Shown here in pieces: positions 37,501-55,600 of a stretch of 64,000 bases of DNA. The notes below the pieces were generated by a model. The model made no database searches. It had not been told where the DNA came from and saw only the letters and a list, made by a program, of their open reading frames with translations. The translations under genes and the position numbers were made by a program. The DNA lies in NCBI GenBank assembly GCA_964016885.1, contig OZ024748.1, positions 40,486,001-40,550,000 of the forward strand, given 5' to 3'. The stretch's first letter is position 1, and every line of letters starts with the position of its first letter. The stretch comes from Eledone cirrhosa. Taxonomy: Eukaryota.

Positions 37501-40500
37501 ATTGTGTATAGACCATACATATAGATCTTGTATAGACCATACATATAGATCTTGTATAGACCACACATATAGATATTGTGTAGACCACACATATAGATAT
37601 TGTGTATAGACCATACATATAGATCTTGTATAGACCATACATAAAGATCTTGTATAGACCACACATATAGATATTGTGTATAGACCATACATATAGATCT
37701 TGTATAGATATACATATAGATATCGTGTATAGATCATACATATAGATCTTGTATAGACCACACATATAGATATTGTATATAGACCATACATATAGATCTT
37801 GTATAGACCATACATATAGATATTGTGTATAGACCATACATATAGATATTGTATATAGACCATACATATAGATCTTGTATAGACCACACATATAGATATT
37901 GTGTATAGACCATACATATAGATCTTGTATAGATATACATATAGATATCGTGTATAGATCATACATATAGATCTTGTATAGACCACACATATAGATATTG
38001 TATATAGACCATACATATAGATCTTGTATAGACCATACATATAGATATTGTGTATAGACCATACATATAGATATTGTATATAGACCATACATATAGATCT
38101 TGTATAGACCATACATATAGATCTTGTATATAGACCATACATATAGATCTTGTATATAGACCACACATATAGATATTGTATATAGACCATACATATAGAT
38201 CTTGTGTATAGACCATACATATAGATCTTGTGTATAGACCACACATATAGATCTTGTATATAGACCACACATATAGATATTGTGTATAGACCACACATAT
38301 AGATCTTGTGTATAGACCATACATATAGATATTGTGTAGACCATACATATAGATCTTGTATAGACCATACATATAGATTTTGTATAGACCATACATATAG
38401 ATCTTGTATAGACCACACATATAGATCTTGTATATAGACCATACATATAGATCTTGTATAGACCACACATATAGATCTTGTATAGACCATACATATAGAT
38501 CTTGTATAGACCACACATATAGATATTGTGTATAGACCATACATATAGATCTTGTATAGACCATAAATATAGATCTTGTATAGACCACACATATAGATCT
38601 TGTATAGACCACACATATAGATATTGTGTATAGACCATACATATAGATCATGTATAGACCACACATATAGATATTGTATATAGACCACACATATAGATAT
38701 TGTGTATAGACCAGACATATAGATCTTGTATAGACCATACATATAGATCTTGTATAGACCATACATATAGATCTTATATAGACCATACATATAGATCTTG
38801 TATAGACCATACATATAGATCTTGTGTATAGACCATACATATAGATCTTGTATAGACCATAGATATAGATCTTGTATAGACCATACATATAGATCTTGTA
38901 TATAGACCATACATATAGATCTTGTGTATAGACCATACATATAGATCTTGTGTATAGACCATACATATAGATCTTGTGTATAGACCACACATATAGATCT
39001 TGTATAGACCATACATATAGATATTGTATAGACCATACATATAGATCTTGTGTATAGACCATACATATAAATCTTGTATAGACCATACATATAGATCTTG
39101 TATAGACCATACATATAAATATTGTGTATAGACCATACATATAGATCTTGTGTATAGACCATACATATAGATCTTGTGTATAGACCACACATATAGATCT
39201 TGTATAGACCATACATATAGACATTGTATAGACCATACATATAGATATTGTGTATAGACCATACATATAGATCTTGTATAGACCATACATATAGATCTTG
39301 TATAGACCATACATATAGATATTGTGTATAGACCATACATATAGATCTTGTATAGACCATACATATAGATATTGTGTATAGACCATACATATAGATCTTG
39401 TATAGACCATACATATAGATCTTGTATAGACCACACATATAGATATTGTGTAGACCACACATATAGATATTGTGTATAGACCATACATATAGATCTTGTA
39501 TAGACCATACATAAAGATCTTGTATAGACCACACATATAGATATTGTGTATAGACCATACATATAGATCTTGTATAGATATACATATAGATATCGTGTAT
39601 AGATCATACATATAGATCTTGTATAGACCACACATATAGATATTGTATATAGACCATACATATAGATCTTGTATAGACCATACATATAGATATTGTGTAT
39701 AGACCATACATATAGATATTGTATATAGACCATACATATAGATCTTGTATAGACCATACATATAGATCTTGTATATAGACCATACATATAGATCTTGTAT
39801 ATAGACCACACATATAGATATTGTATATAGACCATACATATAGATCTTGTGTATAGACCATACATATAGATCTTGTGTATAGACCACACATATAGATCTT
39901 GTGTATAGACCATACATATAGATCTTGTATAGACCACACATATAGATCTTGTATATAGACCACACATATAGATCTTGTATAGACCACACATATAGATCTT
40001 GTATATAGACCACACATATAGATATTGTGTATAGACCACACATATAGATCTTGTGTATAGACCACACATATAGATATTGTGTATAGACCATACATATAGA
40101 TCTTGTATAGACCATACATATAGATCTTGTATAGACCACACATATAGATCTTGTATAGACCACACATATAGATATTGTGTATAGGCCATACATATAGATC
40201 TTGTATAGACCATACATATAGACCTTGTATATAGGCCACACATAGAGATCTTGTGTATAGATCATACATATAGATCTTGTATAGACCATACATATAGATC
40301 TTGTATAGACCATACATATCGATCTTGTATAGACCATACATATAGATCTTGTATAGACCACACATATAGATCTTGTATAGACCACACATATAGATATTGT
40401 GTATAGACCATACATATAGATCTTGTATAGACCATACATAAAGATCTTGTATAGACCACACATATAGATATTGTGTATAGACCATACATATAGATCTTGT

Positions 40501-43500
40501 ATATAGACCACACATATAGATATTGTATATAGACCATACATATAGATCTTGTGTATAGACCATACATATAGATCTTGTGTATAGACCACACATATAGATC
40601 TTGTATATAGACCACACATATAGATCTTGTATATAGACCACACATATAGATCTTGTATAGACCATACATATAGATCTTGTATATAGACCACACATATAGA
40701 TCTTGTATAGACCATACATATAGATCTTGTATAGACCATACATATAGATCTTGTATATAGACCATACATATAGATCTGTTATATAGACCACACATATAGA
40801 TCTTGTATAGACCATACATATAGATCTTGTATAGACCATACATATAGATCTTGTGTATAGACCACACATATAGATCTTGTATATAGACCACACATATAGA
40901 TCTTGTATATAGACCACACATATAGATCTTGTATAGACCATACATATAGATCTTGTATAGACCATACATATAGATCTTGTATAGACCATACATATAGATC
41001 TTGTATATAGACCATACATATAGATCTTGTGTATAGACCATACATATAGATCTTGTGTATAGACCATACATATAGATCTTGTGTATAGACCACACATGTA
41101 GATCTTGTATAGACCATACATATACATATTGTATAGACCATACATATAGATCTTGTGTATAGACCATACATATAAATCTTGTATAGACCATACATATAGA
41201 TCTTGTATAGACCATACATATAAATATTGTGTATAGACCATACATATAGATCTTGTGTATAGACCATACATATAGATCTTGTGTATAGACCACACATATA
41301 GATCTTGTATAGACCATGCATATAGATATTGTATAGACCATACATATAGATATTGTGTATAGACCATACATATAGATCTTGTATAGACCATACATATAGA
41401 TCTTGTATAGACCATACATATAGATATTGTGTATAGACCATACATATAGATCTTGTATAGACCATACATATAGATATTGTATATAGACCATACATATAGA
41501 TCTTGTATAGACCATACATATAGATCTTGTATAGACCACACATATAGATATTGTGTAGACCACACATATAGATATTGTGTATAGACCATACATATAGATC
41601 TTGTATAGACCATACATATAGATATCGTGTATAGATCATACATATAGATCTTGTATAGACCACACATATAGATATTGTATATAGACCATACATATAGATC
41701 TTGTATAGACCATACTTATAGATATTGTGTATAGACCATACATATAGATATTGTATATAGACCATACATATAGATCTTGTATAGACCATACATATAGATC
41801 TTGTATATAGACCATACATATAGATCTTGTATATAGACCACACATATAGATATTGTATATAGACCATACATATAGATCTTGTGTATAGACCATACATATA
41901 GATCTTGTGTATAGACCACACATATAGATCTTGTGTATAGACCATACATATAGATCTTGTATAGACCACACATATAGATCTTGTATATAGACCACACATA
42001 TAGATCTTGTATAGACCACACATATAGATCTTGTATATAGACCACACATATAGATATTGTGTATAGACCACACATATAGATCTTGTGTATAGACCACACA
42101 TATAGATATTGTGTATAGAACATACATATAGATCTTGTATAGACCATACATATAGATCTTGTATAGACCACACATATAGATCTTGTATAGACCATACATA
42201 TAGATCTTGTATAGACCACACATATAGATATTGTATAGACCACACATATAGATCTTGTGTATAGACCATACATATAGATCTTGTGTATAGACCATACATA
42301 TAGATCTTGTATAGACCACACATATAGATCTTGTGTATAGACCATATATATAGATCTTGTATATAGATCATACATATAGATCTTGTATAGACCATACATA
42401 TAGATCTTGTATAGACCATACATATAGATATTGTATAGACCATACATATAGATCTTGTATAGACCACACATATAGATATTGTGTAGAACACACATATAGA
42501 TATTGTATAGACCACACATATAGATCTTGTATATAGACCACACATATAGATCTTGTATATAGACCACACATATAGATCTTGTATAGACCATACATATAGA
42601 TCTTGTATATAGACCACACATATAGATCTTGTATAGACCATACATATAGATCTTGTATAGACCATACATATAGATCTTGTATATAGACCATACATATAGA
42701 TCTGTTATATAGACCACACATATAGATCTTGTATAGACCATACATATAGATCTTGTATAGACCATACATATAGATCTTGTGTATAGACCACACATATAGA
42801 TCTTGTATATAGACCATACATATAGATCTTGTATATAGACCACACATATAGATCTTGTGTAGACCATACATATAGATCTTGTAAATAGACCATACATATA
42901 GATCTTGTGTATAGACCATACATATAGATCTTGTATAGACCATACATATAGATCTTGTATAGACCATACATATAGATCTTGTATATAGACCATACATATA
43001 GATCTTGTATAGACCACACATATAGATCTTGTATATAGACCATACATATAGATCTTGTATAGACCATACATATAGATCTTGTATAGACCACACATATAGA
43101 TCTTGTATATAGACCATACATATAGATCTTGTATAGACCATACATATAGATCTTGTGTATAGACCTTACATATACATCTTGTATAGACCATACATATAGA
43201 TCTTGTATAGACCACACATATAGATCTTGTATAGACCATACATATAGATCTTGTGTATAGACCACACATATAGATCTTGTATAGACCATGCATATAGATA
43301 TTGTATAGACCATACATATAGATATTGTGTATAGACCATACATATAGATCTTGTATAGACCATACATATAGATCTTGTATAGACCATACATATAGATATT
43401 GTGTATAGACCATACATATAGATCTTGTATAGACCATACATATAGATATTGTATATAGACCATACATATAGATCTTGTATAGACCATACATATAGATCTT

Positions 43501-43635
43501 GTATAGACCACACATATAGATATTGTGTAGACCACACATATAGATATTGTGTATAGACCATACATATAGATCTTGTATAGACCATACATATAGATATCGT
43601 GTATAGATCATACATATAGATCTTGTATAGACCAC
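30950..43635. repeat. Near-perfect 6343-bp tandem duplication (30950-37292 and 37293-43635)
   Basis: Several ORF-track pairs have identical length at offset 6343: 31616/37959, 33261/39604, 34436/40779 and 36362/42705. Landmarks ACATTG (31008/37351) and CCAGACA (32368/38711) agree. Confidence 0.95.
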
Positions 43636-45230
43636 ACATATAGATATTGTATATAGACCATACATATAGATCTTGTATAGACCATACTTATAGATATTGT
43701 GTATAGACCATACATATAGATATTGTATATAGACCATACATATAGATCTTGTATAGACCATACATATAGATCTTGTATATAGACCATACATATAGATCTT
43801 GTATATAGACCACACATATAGATATTGTATATAGACCATACATATAGATCTTGTGTATAGACCATACATATAGATCTTGTGTATAGACCACACATATAGA
43901 TCTTGTGTATAGACCATACATATAGATCTTGTATAGACCACACATATAGATCTTGTATATAGACCACACATATAGATCTTGTATAGACCACACATATAGA
44001 TCTTGTATATAGACCACACATATAGATATTGTGTATAGACCACACATATAGATCTTGTGTATAGACCACACATATAGATATTGTGTATAGAACATACATA
44101 TAGATCTTGTATAGACCATACATATAGATCTTGTATAGACCACACATATAGATCTTGTATAGACCATACATATAGATCTTGTATAGACCACACATATAGA
44201 TATTGTATAGACCACACATATAGATCTTGTGTATAGACCATACATATAGATCTTGTGTATAGACCATACATATAGATCTTGTATAGACCACACATATAGA
44301 TCTTGTGTATAGACCATATATATAGATCTTGTATATAGATCATACATATAGATCTTGTATAGACCATACATATAGATCTTGTATAGACCATACATATAGA
44401 TATTGTATAGACCATACATATAGATCTTGTATAGACCACACATATAGATATTGTGTAGAACACACATATAGATATTGTATAGACCACACATATAGATCTT
44501 GTATATAGACCATACATATAGATCTGTTATATAGACCACACATATAGATCTTGTATAGACCATACATATAGATCTTGTATATAGACCACACATATAGATC
44601 TTGTATAGACCATACATATAGATCTTGTATAGACCATACATATAGATCTTGTATATAGACCATACATATAGATCTGTTATATAGACCACACATATAGATC
44701 TTGTATAGACCATACATATAGATCTTGTATAGACCATACATATAGATCTTGTGTATAGACCACACATATAGATCTTGTATATAGACCATACATATAGATC
44801 TTGTATATAGACCACACATATAGATCTTGTGTAGACCATACATATAGATCTTGTAAATAGACCATACATATAGATCTTGTGTATAGACCATACATATAGA
44901 TCTTGTATAGACCATACATATAGATCTTGTATAGACCATACATATAGATCTTGTATATAGACCATACATATAGATCTTGTATAGACCACACATATAGATC
45001 TTGTATATAGACCATACATATAGATCTTGTATAGACCATACATATAGATCTTGTATAGACCACACATATAGATCTTGTATATAGACCATACATATAGATC
45101 TTGTATAGACCATACATATAGATCTTGTGTATAGACCTTACATATACATCTTGTATAGACCATACATATAGATCTTGTATAGACCACACATATAGATCTT
45201 GTATAGACCATACATATAGATCTTGTGTAT
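41250..45230. repeat. 1972-bp tandem higher-order duplication overlapping the end of the 6343-bp block
   Basis: The G of CCATGCATA lies at 41318 and 43290 (also 34975 and 36947). AGACCTTACATATACATC occurs at 43161 and 45133. ORF pairs 41636/43608 and 42368/44340 agree. Confidence 0.9.
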
Positions 45231-46699
45231 AGACCATACATATAGATCTTGTATAGACCATACATATAGATCTTGTATATAGACCATACATATAGATCTT
45301 GTATAGACCATACATATAGATCTTGTATAGACCATACATATAGATCTTGTGTATAGACCATACATATAGATCTTGTATAGACCATACATATAGATCTTGT
45401 ATATAGACCATACATATAGATCTTGTATAGACCATACATATAGATCTTGTATAGACCATACATATAGATCTTGTATAGACCATACATATAGATCTTGTAT
45501 AGACCACACATATAGATCTTGTATATAGACCATACATATAGATCTTGTATAGACCATACATATAGATCTTTTATAGACCACACATATAGATATGTTATAG
45601 ACCATACATATAGATCTTGTATATAGACCATACATATAGATCTTGTATAGACCACACATATAGATATTGTATAGACCATACATATAGATCTTGTATAAAC
45701 CACACATATAGATATTGTATAGACCATACATATAGATCTTGTATAGACCATACATATAGATCTTGTATAGACCATACATATAGATATTGTATATAGACCA
45801 TACATATAGATCTTGTATAGACCATAGATAGATCTTGTATATAGACCATACATATAGATCTTGTATAGACCATACATATAGATATTGTGTATAGACCATA
45901 CATATAGATCTTGTGTATAGACCATACATAAAGATCTTGTGTATAGACCATACATATAGATCTTGTATAGACCACACATATAGATCTTGTGTATAGACCA
46001 TACATATAGATCTTGTGTATAGACCACACATATAGATCTTGTATAGACCATACATATAGATCTTGTATATAGACCATACATATAGATCTTGTATAGACCA
46101 TACATATAGATCTTGTATAGACCATACATATAGATCTTGTGTATAGACCATACATATAGATCTTGTATATAGACCATACATATAGATCTTGTATAGACCA
46201 TACATATAGATCTTGTATAGACCATACATATAGATCTTGTATAGACCATACATATAGATCTTGTATAGACCACACATATAGATATTGTATAGACCACACA
46301 TATAGATCTTGTGTATAGACCATACATATAGATCTTGTGTATAGACCATACATATAGATCTTGTATAGACCACACATATAGATCTTGTGTATAGACCATA
46401 TATATAGATCTTGTATATAGACCATACATATAGATCTTGTATAGACCATACATATAGATCTTGTATAGACCATACATATAGATATTGTATAGACCATACA
46501 TATAGATCTTGTATAGACCACACATATAGATATTTTGTAGACCACACATATAGATATTGTATAGACCACACATATAGATCTTGTATATAGACCACACATA
46601 TAGATCTTGTATATAGACCACACATATAGATCTTGTATAGACCATACATATAGATCTTGTATATAGACCACACATATAGATCTTGTATAGACCATACAT

Positions 46700-49600
46700 A
46701 TAGATCTCGTATAGACCATACATATAGATCTTGTATATAGACCATACATATAGATCTGTTATATAGACCACACATATAGATCTTGTATAGACCATACATA
46801 TAGATCTTGTATAGACCATACATATAGATCTTGTGTATAGACCACACATATAGATCTTGTATATAGACCATACATATAGATCTTGTATATAGACCACACA
46901 TATAGATCTTGTGTAGACCATACATATAGATCTTGTAAATAGACCATACATATAGATCTTGTGTATAGACCATACATATAGATCTTGTATAGACCATACA
47001 TATAGATCTTGTATAGACCATACATATAGATCTTGTATATAGACCATACATATAGATCTTGTATAGACCACACATATAGATCTTGTATATAGACCATACA
47101 TATAGATCTTGTATAGACCATACATATAGATCTTGTATAGACCACACATATAGATCTTGTATATAGACCATACATATAGATCTTGTATAGACCATACATA
47201 TAGATCTTGTGTATAGACCTTACATATACATCTTGTATAGACCATACATATAGATCTTGTATAGACCACACATATAGATCTTGTATAGACCATACATATA
47301 GATCTTGTGTATAGACCATACATATAGATCTTGTATAGACCATACATATAGATCTTGTATATAGACCATACATATAGATCTTGTATAGACCATACATATA
47401 GATCTTGTATAGACCATACATATAGATCTTGTGTATAGACCATACATATAGATCTTGTATAGACCATACATATAGATCTTGTATAGACCATACATATAGA
47501 TCTTGTATAGACCATACATATAGATCTTGTATAGACCACACATATAGATCTTGTATATCGACCATACATATAGATCTTGTATAGACCATACATATAGATC
47601 CTGTATAGACCACACATATAGATATTGTATAGACCATACATGTACATCTTGTATATAGACCATACATATAGATCTTGTATAGACCACACATATAGATATT
47701 GTATAGACCATACATATAGATCTTGTATAAACCACACATATAGATATTGTATAGACCATACATATAGATCTTGTATAGACCATACATATAGATCTTGTAT
47801 AGACCATACATATAGATATTGTATATAGAACATACATATAGATCTTGTATAGACCATAGATATAGATCTTGTATATAGACCATACATATAGATCTTGTAT
47901 AGACCATACATATAGATCTTGTGTATAGACCATACATATAGATCTTGTGTATAGACCATACATATAGATCTTGTATAGACCACACATATAGATCTTGTGT
48001 ATAGACCATACATATAGATCTTGTATAGACCACACATATAGATCTTGTGTATAGACCATACATATAGATCTTGTGTATAGACCATACATATAGATCTTGT
48101 ATATAGACCACACATATAGATCTTGTGTATAGACCACACATATAGATCTTGTATAGACCACACATATAGATCTTGTGTATAGACCACACATATAGATCTC
48201 GTGTATAGACCATACATATAGATCTTGTGTATAGACCATACATATATAGCTTGTATATAGACCATACATATAGATCTTGTATATAGACCATACATATAGA
48301 TCTTGTATATAGACCATACATATAGATCTTGTATATAGACCATACATATAGATCTTGTATATAGACCACACATAGAGATCTTGTGTATAGACCATACATA
48401 TAGATCTTGTATAGACCACACATATAGATCTTGTATATAGATCATACATATAGATCTTGTATATAGACCATACATATAGATCTTGTATATAGACCATACA
48501 TATAGATATTGTATATAGACCACACATATAGATATTGTGTATAGACCACACATATAGATCTTGTATAGACCATACATATAGATCTTGTATAGACCACACA
48601 TATAGATATTGTGTATAGACCATACATATAGATCTTGTATAGACCATACTTATAGATATTGTGTATAGACCATACATATAGATATTGTATAGACCATACA
48701 TATAGATCTTGTATAGACCATACATATAGATATTGTATAGACCACACATATAGATCTTGTATAGACCATACATATAGATCTTGTATAGACCACACATATA
48801 GATCTTGTATAGACCACACATATAGATATTGTATATAGACCATACATATAGATCTTGTATAGACCATACATATAGATCTTGTATAGACCACACATATAGA
48901 TCTTGTATAGACCACACATATAGATATTGTATATAGACCACACATATAGATCTTGTATAGACCATACATATAGATCTTGTATAGACCACACATATAGATC
49001 TTGTATAGACCACACATATAGATATTGTATATAGACCACACATATAGATCTTGTATAGACCATACATATAGATCTTGTATAGACCACACATATAGATCTT
49101 GTATAGACCACACATATAGATATTGTATATAGACCATACATATAGATCTTGTATAGACCATACATATAGATCTTGTATATAGATCATACATATAGATCTT
49201 GTATATAGACAATACATATAGATCTTGTATATAGACCATACATATAGATATTGTATATAGACCACACATATAGATATTGTGTATAGACCACACATATAGA
49301 TCTTGTATAGACCATACATATAGATCTTGTATAGACCACACATATAGATATTGTGTATAGACCATACATATAGATCTTGTATAGACCATACATATAGATA
49401 TTGTCTATAGACCATAAATATAGATCTTGTATAGACCATACATATAGATCTTGTATAGACCATACATATAGATATTGTGTATAGACCATACATATAGATC
49501 TTGTATAGACCATACATATAGATATTGTGTATAGACCATACATATAGATCTTGTATAGACCATACATATAGATCTTGTATAGACCACACGTATAGATATT

Positions 49601-52600
49601 GTGTAGACCACACATATAGATATTGTGTATAGACCATACATATAGATCTTGTATAGACCATACATATAGATCTTGTATAGACCACACATATAGATCTTGT
49701 ATATAGACCACACATATAGATATTATGTAGACCACACATATATATCTTGTATATAGACCACACATATAGATCTTGTATATAGACCATACATATAGATCTT
49801 GTATAGACCATACATATAGATCTTGTATATAGACCATACATATAGATATTGTGTATAGATCATACATATAGATCTTGTATAGACCATACATATAGATCTT
49901 GTATATAGACCATACATATAGATATTGTGTATAGATCATACATATAGATCTTGTATAGACCATACATATAGATCTTGTATATAGACCATACATATAGATA
50001 TTGTGTATAGATCATACATATAGATCTTGTATAGACCATACATATAGATCTTGTATATAGACCATACATATAGATATTGTGTATAGATCATACATATAGA
50101 TCTTGTATAGACCACACATATAGATCTTGTATAGCCCACACATATAGATATTGTGTAGACCATACATATAGATCTTGTGTATAGACCATACATATAGATC
50201 TTGTATATAGACCACACATATAGATCTTGTCTATAGACCATACATATAGATCTTGTATAGACCATACATATAGATCTTGTATAGACCATACATATAGATC
50301 TCGTATAGACCATACATATAGATCTTGTACAGACCATACATATAGATCTTATATAGACCATACATATAGATCTTGTATATAGACCATACATATAGATCTG
50401 TTATATAGACCACACATATAGATCTTGTATAGACCATACATATAGATCTTGTATAGACCATACATATAGATCTTGTGTATAGACAACACATATAGATCTT
50501 GTATATAGACCATACATATAGATCTTGTATATAGACCACACATATAGATCTTGTGTAGACCATACATATAGATCTTGTAAATAGACCATACATATAGATC
50601 TTGTGTATAGACCATACATATAGATCTTGTATAGACCATATATATAGATCTTGTACAGACCACACATAGAGATCTTGTATAGACCACACATATAGATATT
50701 GTATATAGACCATACATATAGATCTTGTATAGACCATACATATAGATCTTGTATAGACCATACATATAGATCTTGTATAGACCACACATATAGATCTTGT
50801 ATATAGACCATACATATAGATCTTGTATAGACCATACATATAGATCTTGTGTATAGACCTTACATATACTTCTTGTATAGACCATACATATAGATCTTGT
50901 ATATAGAGCACACATATAGATCTTGTATAGACCATACATATAGATCTTGTATAGACCATACATATAGATCTTGTATATAGACCACACATATAGATCTTGT
51001 ATAGACCATACATATAGATCTTATATAGACCATACATATAGATCTTGTATATAGACCATACATATAGATCTGTTATATAGACCACACATATAGATCTTGT
51101 ATAGACCATACATATAGATCTTGTATAGACCATACATATAGATCTTGTGTAGACCATACATATAGATCTTGTAAATAGACCATACATATAGATCTTGTGT
51201 ATAGACCATACATATAGATCTTGTATAGACCATACATATAGATTTTGTATAGACCACACATAGAGATCTTGTATAGACCACACATATAGATCTTGTATAT
51301 AGACCATACATATAGATCTTGTATATAGACCACACATATAGATCTTGTGTAGACCATACATATAGATCTTGTAAATAGACCATACATATAGATCTTGTGT
51401 ATAGACCATACATATAGATCTTGTATAGACCATACATATAGATTTTGTATAGACCACACATAGAGATCTTGTATAGACCACACATATAGATATTGTATAT
51501 AGACCATACATATAGATCTTGTATAGACCATACATATAGATCTTGTATAGACCATACATATAGATCTTGTATAGACCACACATATAGATCTTGTATATAG
51601 ACCATACATATAGATCTTGTATAGACCATACATATAGATCTTGTGTATAGACCTTACATATACATCTTGTATAGACCATACATATAGATCTTGTATAGAC
51701 CATACATATAGATCTTGTATAGACCACACATATAGATCTTGTATAGACCATACATATAGATCTTGTATATAGACCATACATATAGATCTTGTATAGACCA
51801 TACATATAGATCTTGTATATAGACCATACATATAGATCTTGTATAGACCATACATATAGATCTTGTATAGACCATACATATAGATCTTGTGTATAGACCA
51901 TACATATAGATCTTGTATAGACCATACATATAGATCTTGTATAGACCATACATATAGATCTTGTATAGACCATACATATAGATCTTGTATAGACCACACA
52001 TATAGATCTTGTATATCGACCATACATATAGATCTTGTATAGACCATACATATAGATCCTGTATAGACCACACATATAGATATTGTATAGACCACACATG
52101 TACATCTTGTATATAGACCATACATATAGATCTTGTATAGACCACACATATAGATATTGTATAGACCATACATATAGATCTTGTATAAACCACACATATA
52201 GATATTGTATAGACCATACATATAGATCTTGTATAGACCATACATATAGATCTTGTATAGACCATACATATAGATATTGTATATAGAACATACATATAGA
52301 TCTTGTATAGACCATAGATATAGATCTTGTATATAGACCATACATATAGATCTTGTATAGACCATACATATAGATCTTGTGTATAGACCATACATATAGA
52401 TCTTGTGTATAGACCATACATATAGATCTTGTATAGACCACACATATAGATCTTGTGTATAGACCATACATATAGATCTTGTATAGACCACACATATAGA
52501 TCTTGTGTATAGACCATACATATAGATCTTGTGTATAGACCATACATATAGATCTTGTATATAGACCACACATATAGATCTTGTGTATAGACCACACATA

Positions 52601-55600
52601 TAGATCTTGTATAGACCACACATATAGATCTTGTGTATAGACCACACATATAGATCTTGTGTATAGACCATACATATAGATCTTGTGTATAGACCATACA
52701 TATATAGCTTGTATATAGACCATACATATAGATCTTGTATATAGACCATACATATAGATCTTGTATATAGACCATACATATAGATCTTGTATATAGACCA
52801 TACATATAGATCTTGTATATAGACCACACATAGAGATCTTGTGTATAGACCATACATATAGATCTTGTATAGACCACACATATAGATCTTGTATATAGAT
52901 CATACATATAGATCTTGTATATAGACCATACATATAGATCTTGTATATAGACCATACATATAGATATTGTATATAGACCACACATATAGATATTGTGTAT
53001 AGACCACACATATAGATCTTGTATAGACCATACATATAGATCTTGTATAGACCACACATATAGATATTGTGTATAGACCATACATATAGATCTTGTATAG
53101 ACCATACATATAGATATTGTGTATAGACCATACATATAGATATTGTATAGACCATACATATAGATCTTGTATAGACCATACATATAGATATTGTATAGAC
53201 CACACATATAGATCTTGTATAGACCATACATATAGATCTTGTATAGACCACACATATAGATCTTGTATAGACCACACATATAGATATTGTATATAGACCA
53301 TACATATAGATCTTGTATAGACCATACATATAGATCTTGTATAGACCACACATATAGATCTTGTATAGACCACACATATAGATATTGTATATAGACCACA
53401 CATATAGATCTTGTATAGACCATACATATAGATCTTGTATAGACCACACATATAGATCTTGTATAGACCACACATATAGATATTGTATATAGACCACACA
53501 TATAGATCTTGTATAGACCATACATATAGATCTTGTATAGACCACACATATAGATCTTGTATAGACCACACATATAGATATTGTATATAGACCATACATA
53601 TAGATCTTGTATAGACCATACATATAGATCTTGTATATAGATCATACATATAGATCTTGTATATAGACAATACATATAGATCTTGTATATAGACCATACA
53701 TATAGATATTGTATATAGACCACACATATAGATATTGTGTATAGACCACACATATAGATCTTGTATAGACCATACATATAGATCTTGTATAGACCACACA
53801 TATAGATATTGTGTATAGACCATACATATAGATCTTGTATAGACCATACATATAGATATTGTCTATAGACCATAAATATAGATCTTGTATAGACCATACA
53901 TATAGATCTTGTATAGACCATACATATAGATATTGTGTATAGACCATACATATAGATCTTGTATAGACCATACATATAGATATTGTGTATAGACCATACA
54001 TATAGATCTTGTATAGACCATACATATAGATCTTGTATAGACCACACGTATAGATATTGTGTAGACCACACATATAGATATTGTGTATAGACCATACATA
54101 TAGATCTTGTATAGACCATACATATAGATCTTGTATAGACCACACATATAGATCTTGTATATAGACCACACATATAGATATTATGTAGACCACACATATA
54201 TATCTTGTATATAGACCACACATATAGATCTTGTATATAGACCATACATATAGATCTTGTATAGACCATACATATAGATCTTGTATATAGACCATACATA
54301 TAGATATTGTGTATAGATCATACATATAGATCTTGTATAGACCATACATATAGATCTTGTATATAGACCATACATATAGATATTGTGTATAGATCATACA
54401 TATAGATCTTGTATAGACCATACATATAGATCTTGTATATAGACCATACATATAGATATTGTGTATAGATCATACATATAGATCTTGTATAGACCATACA
54501 TATAGATCTTGTATATAGACCATACATATAGATATTGTGTATAGATCATACATATAGATCTTGTATAGACCACACATATAGATCTTGTATAGCCCACACA
54601 TATAGATATTGTGTAGACCATACATATAGATCTTGTGTATAGACCATACATATAGATCTTGTATATAGACCACACATATAGATCTTGTCTATAGACCATA
54701 CATATAGATCTTGTATAGACCATACATATAGATCTTGTATAGACCATACATATAGATCTCGTATAGACCATACATATAGATCTTGTACAGACCACACATA
54801 TAGATATTGTATAGACCACACATATAGATCTTGTGTATAGACCATACATATAGATCTTGTGTATAGACCATACATATAGATCTTGTATAGACCACACATA
54901 TAGATCTTGTGTATCGAGCATACATATAGATCTTGTATATAGACCATACATATAGATCTTGTATAGACCATACATATAGATCTTGTATAGACCACACATA
55001 TAGATATTGTGTAGACCACACATATAGATATTGTATAGACCACACATATAGATCTTGTATATAGACATCACATATAGATCTTGTATATAGAGCACACATA
55101 TAGATCTTGTATAGACCATACATATAGATCTTGTATAGACCATACATATAGATCTTGTATATAGACCACACATATAGATCTTGTATAGACCATACATATA
55201 GATCTTATATAGACCATACATATAGATCTTGTATATAGACCATACATATAGATCTGTTATATAGACCACACATATAGATCTTGTATAGACCATACATATA
55301 GATCTTGTATAGACCATACATATAGATCTTGTGTATAGACAACACATATAGATCTTGTATATAGACCATACATATAGATCTTGTATATAGACCACACATA
55401 TAGATCTTGTGTAGACCATACATATAGATCTTGTAAATAGACCATACATATAGATCTTGTGTATAGACCATACATATAGATCTTGTATAGACCATATATA
55501 TAGATCTTGTACAGACCACACATAGAGATCTTGTATAGACCACACATATAGATATTGTATATAGACCATACATATAGATCTTGTATAGACCATACATATA

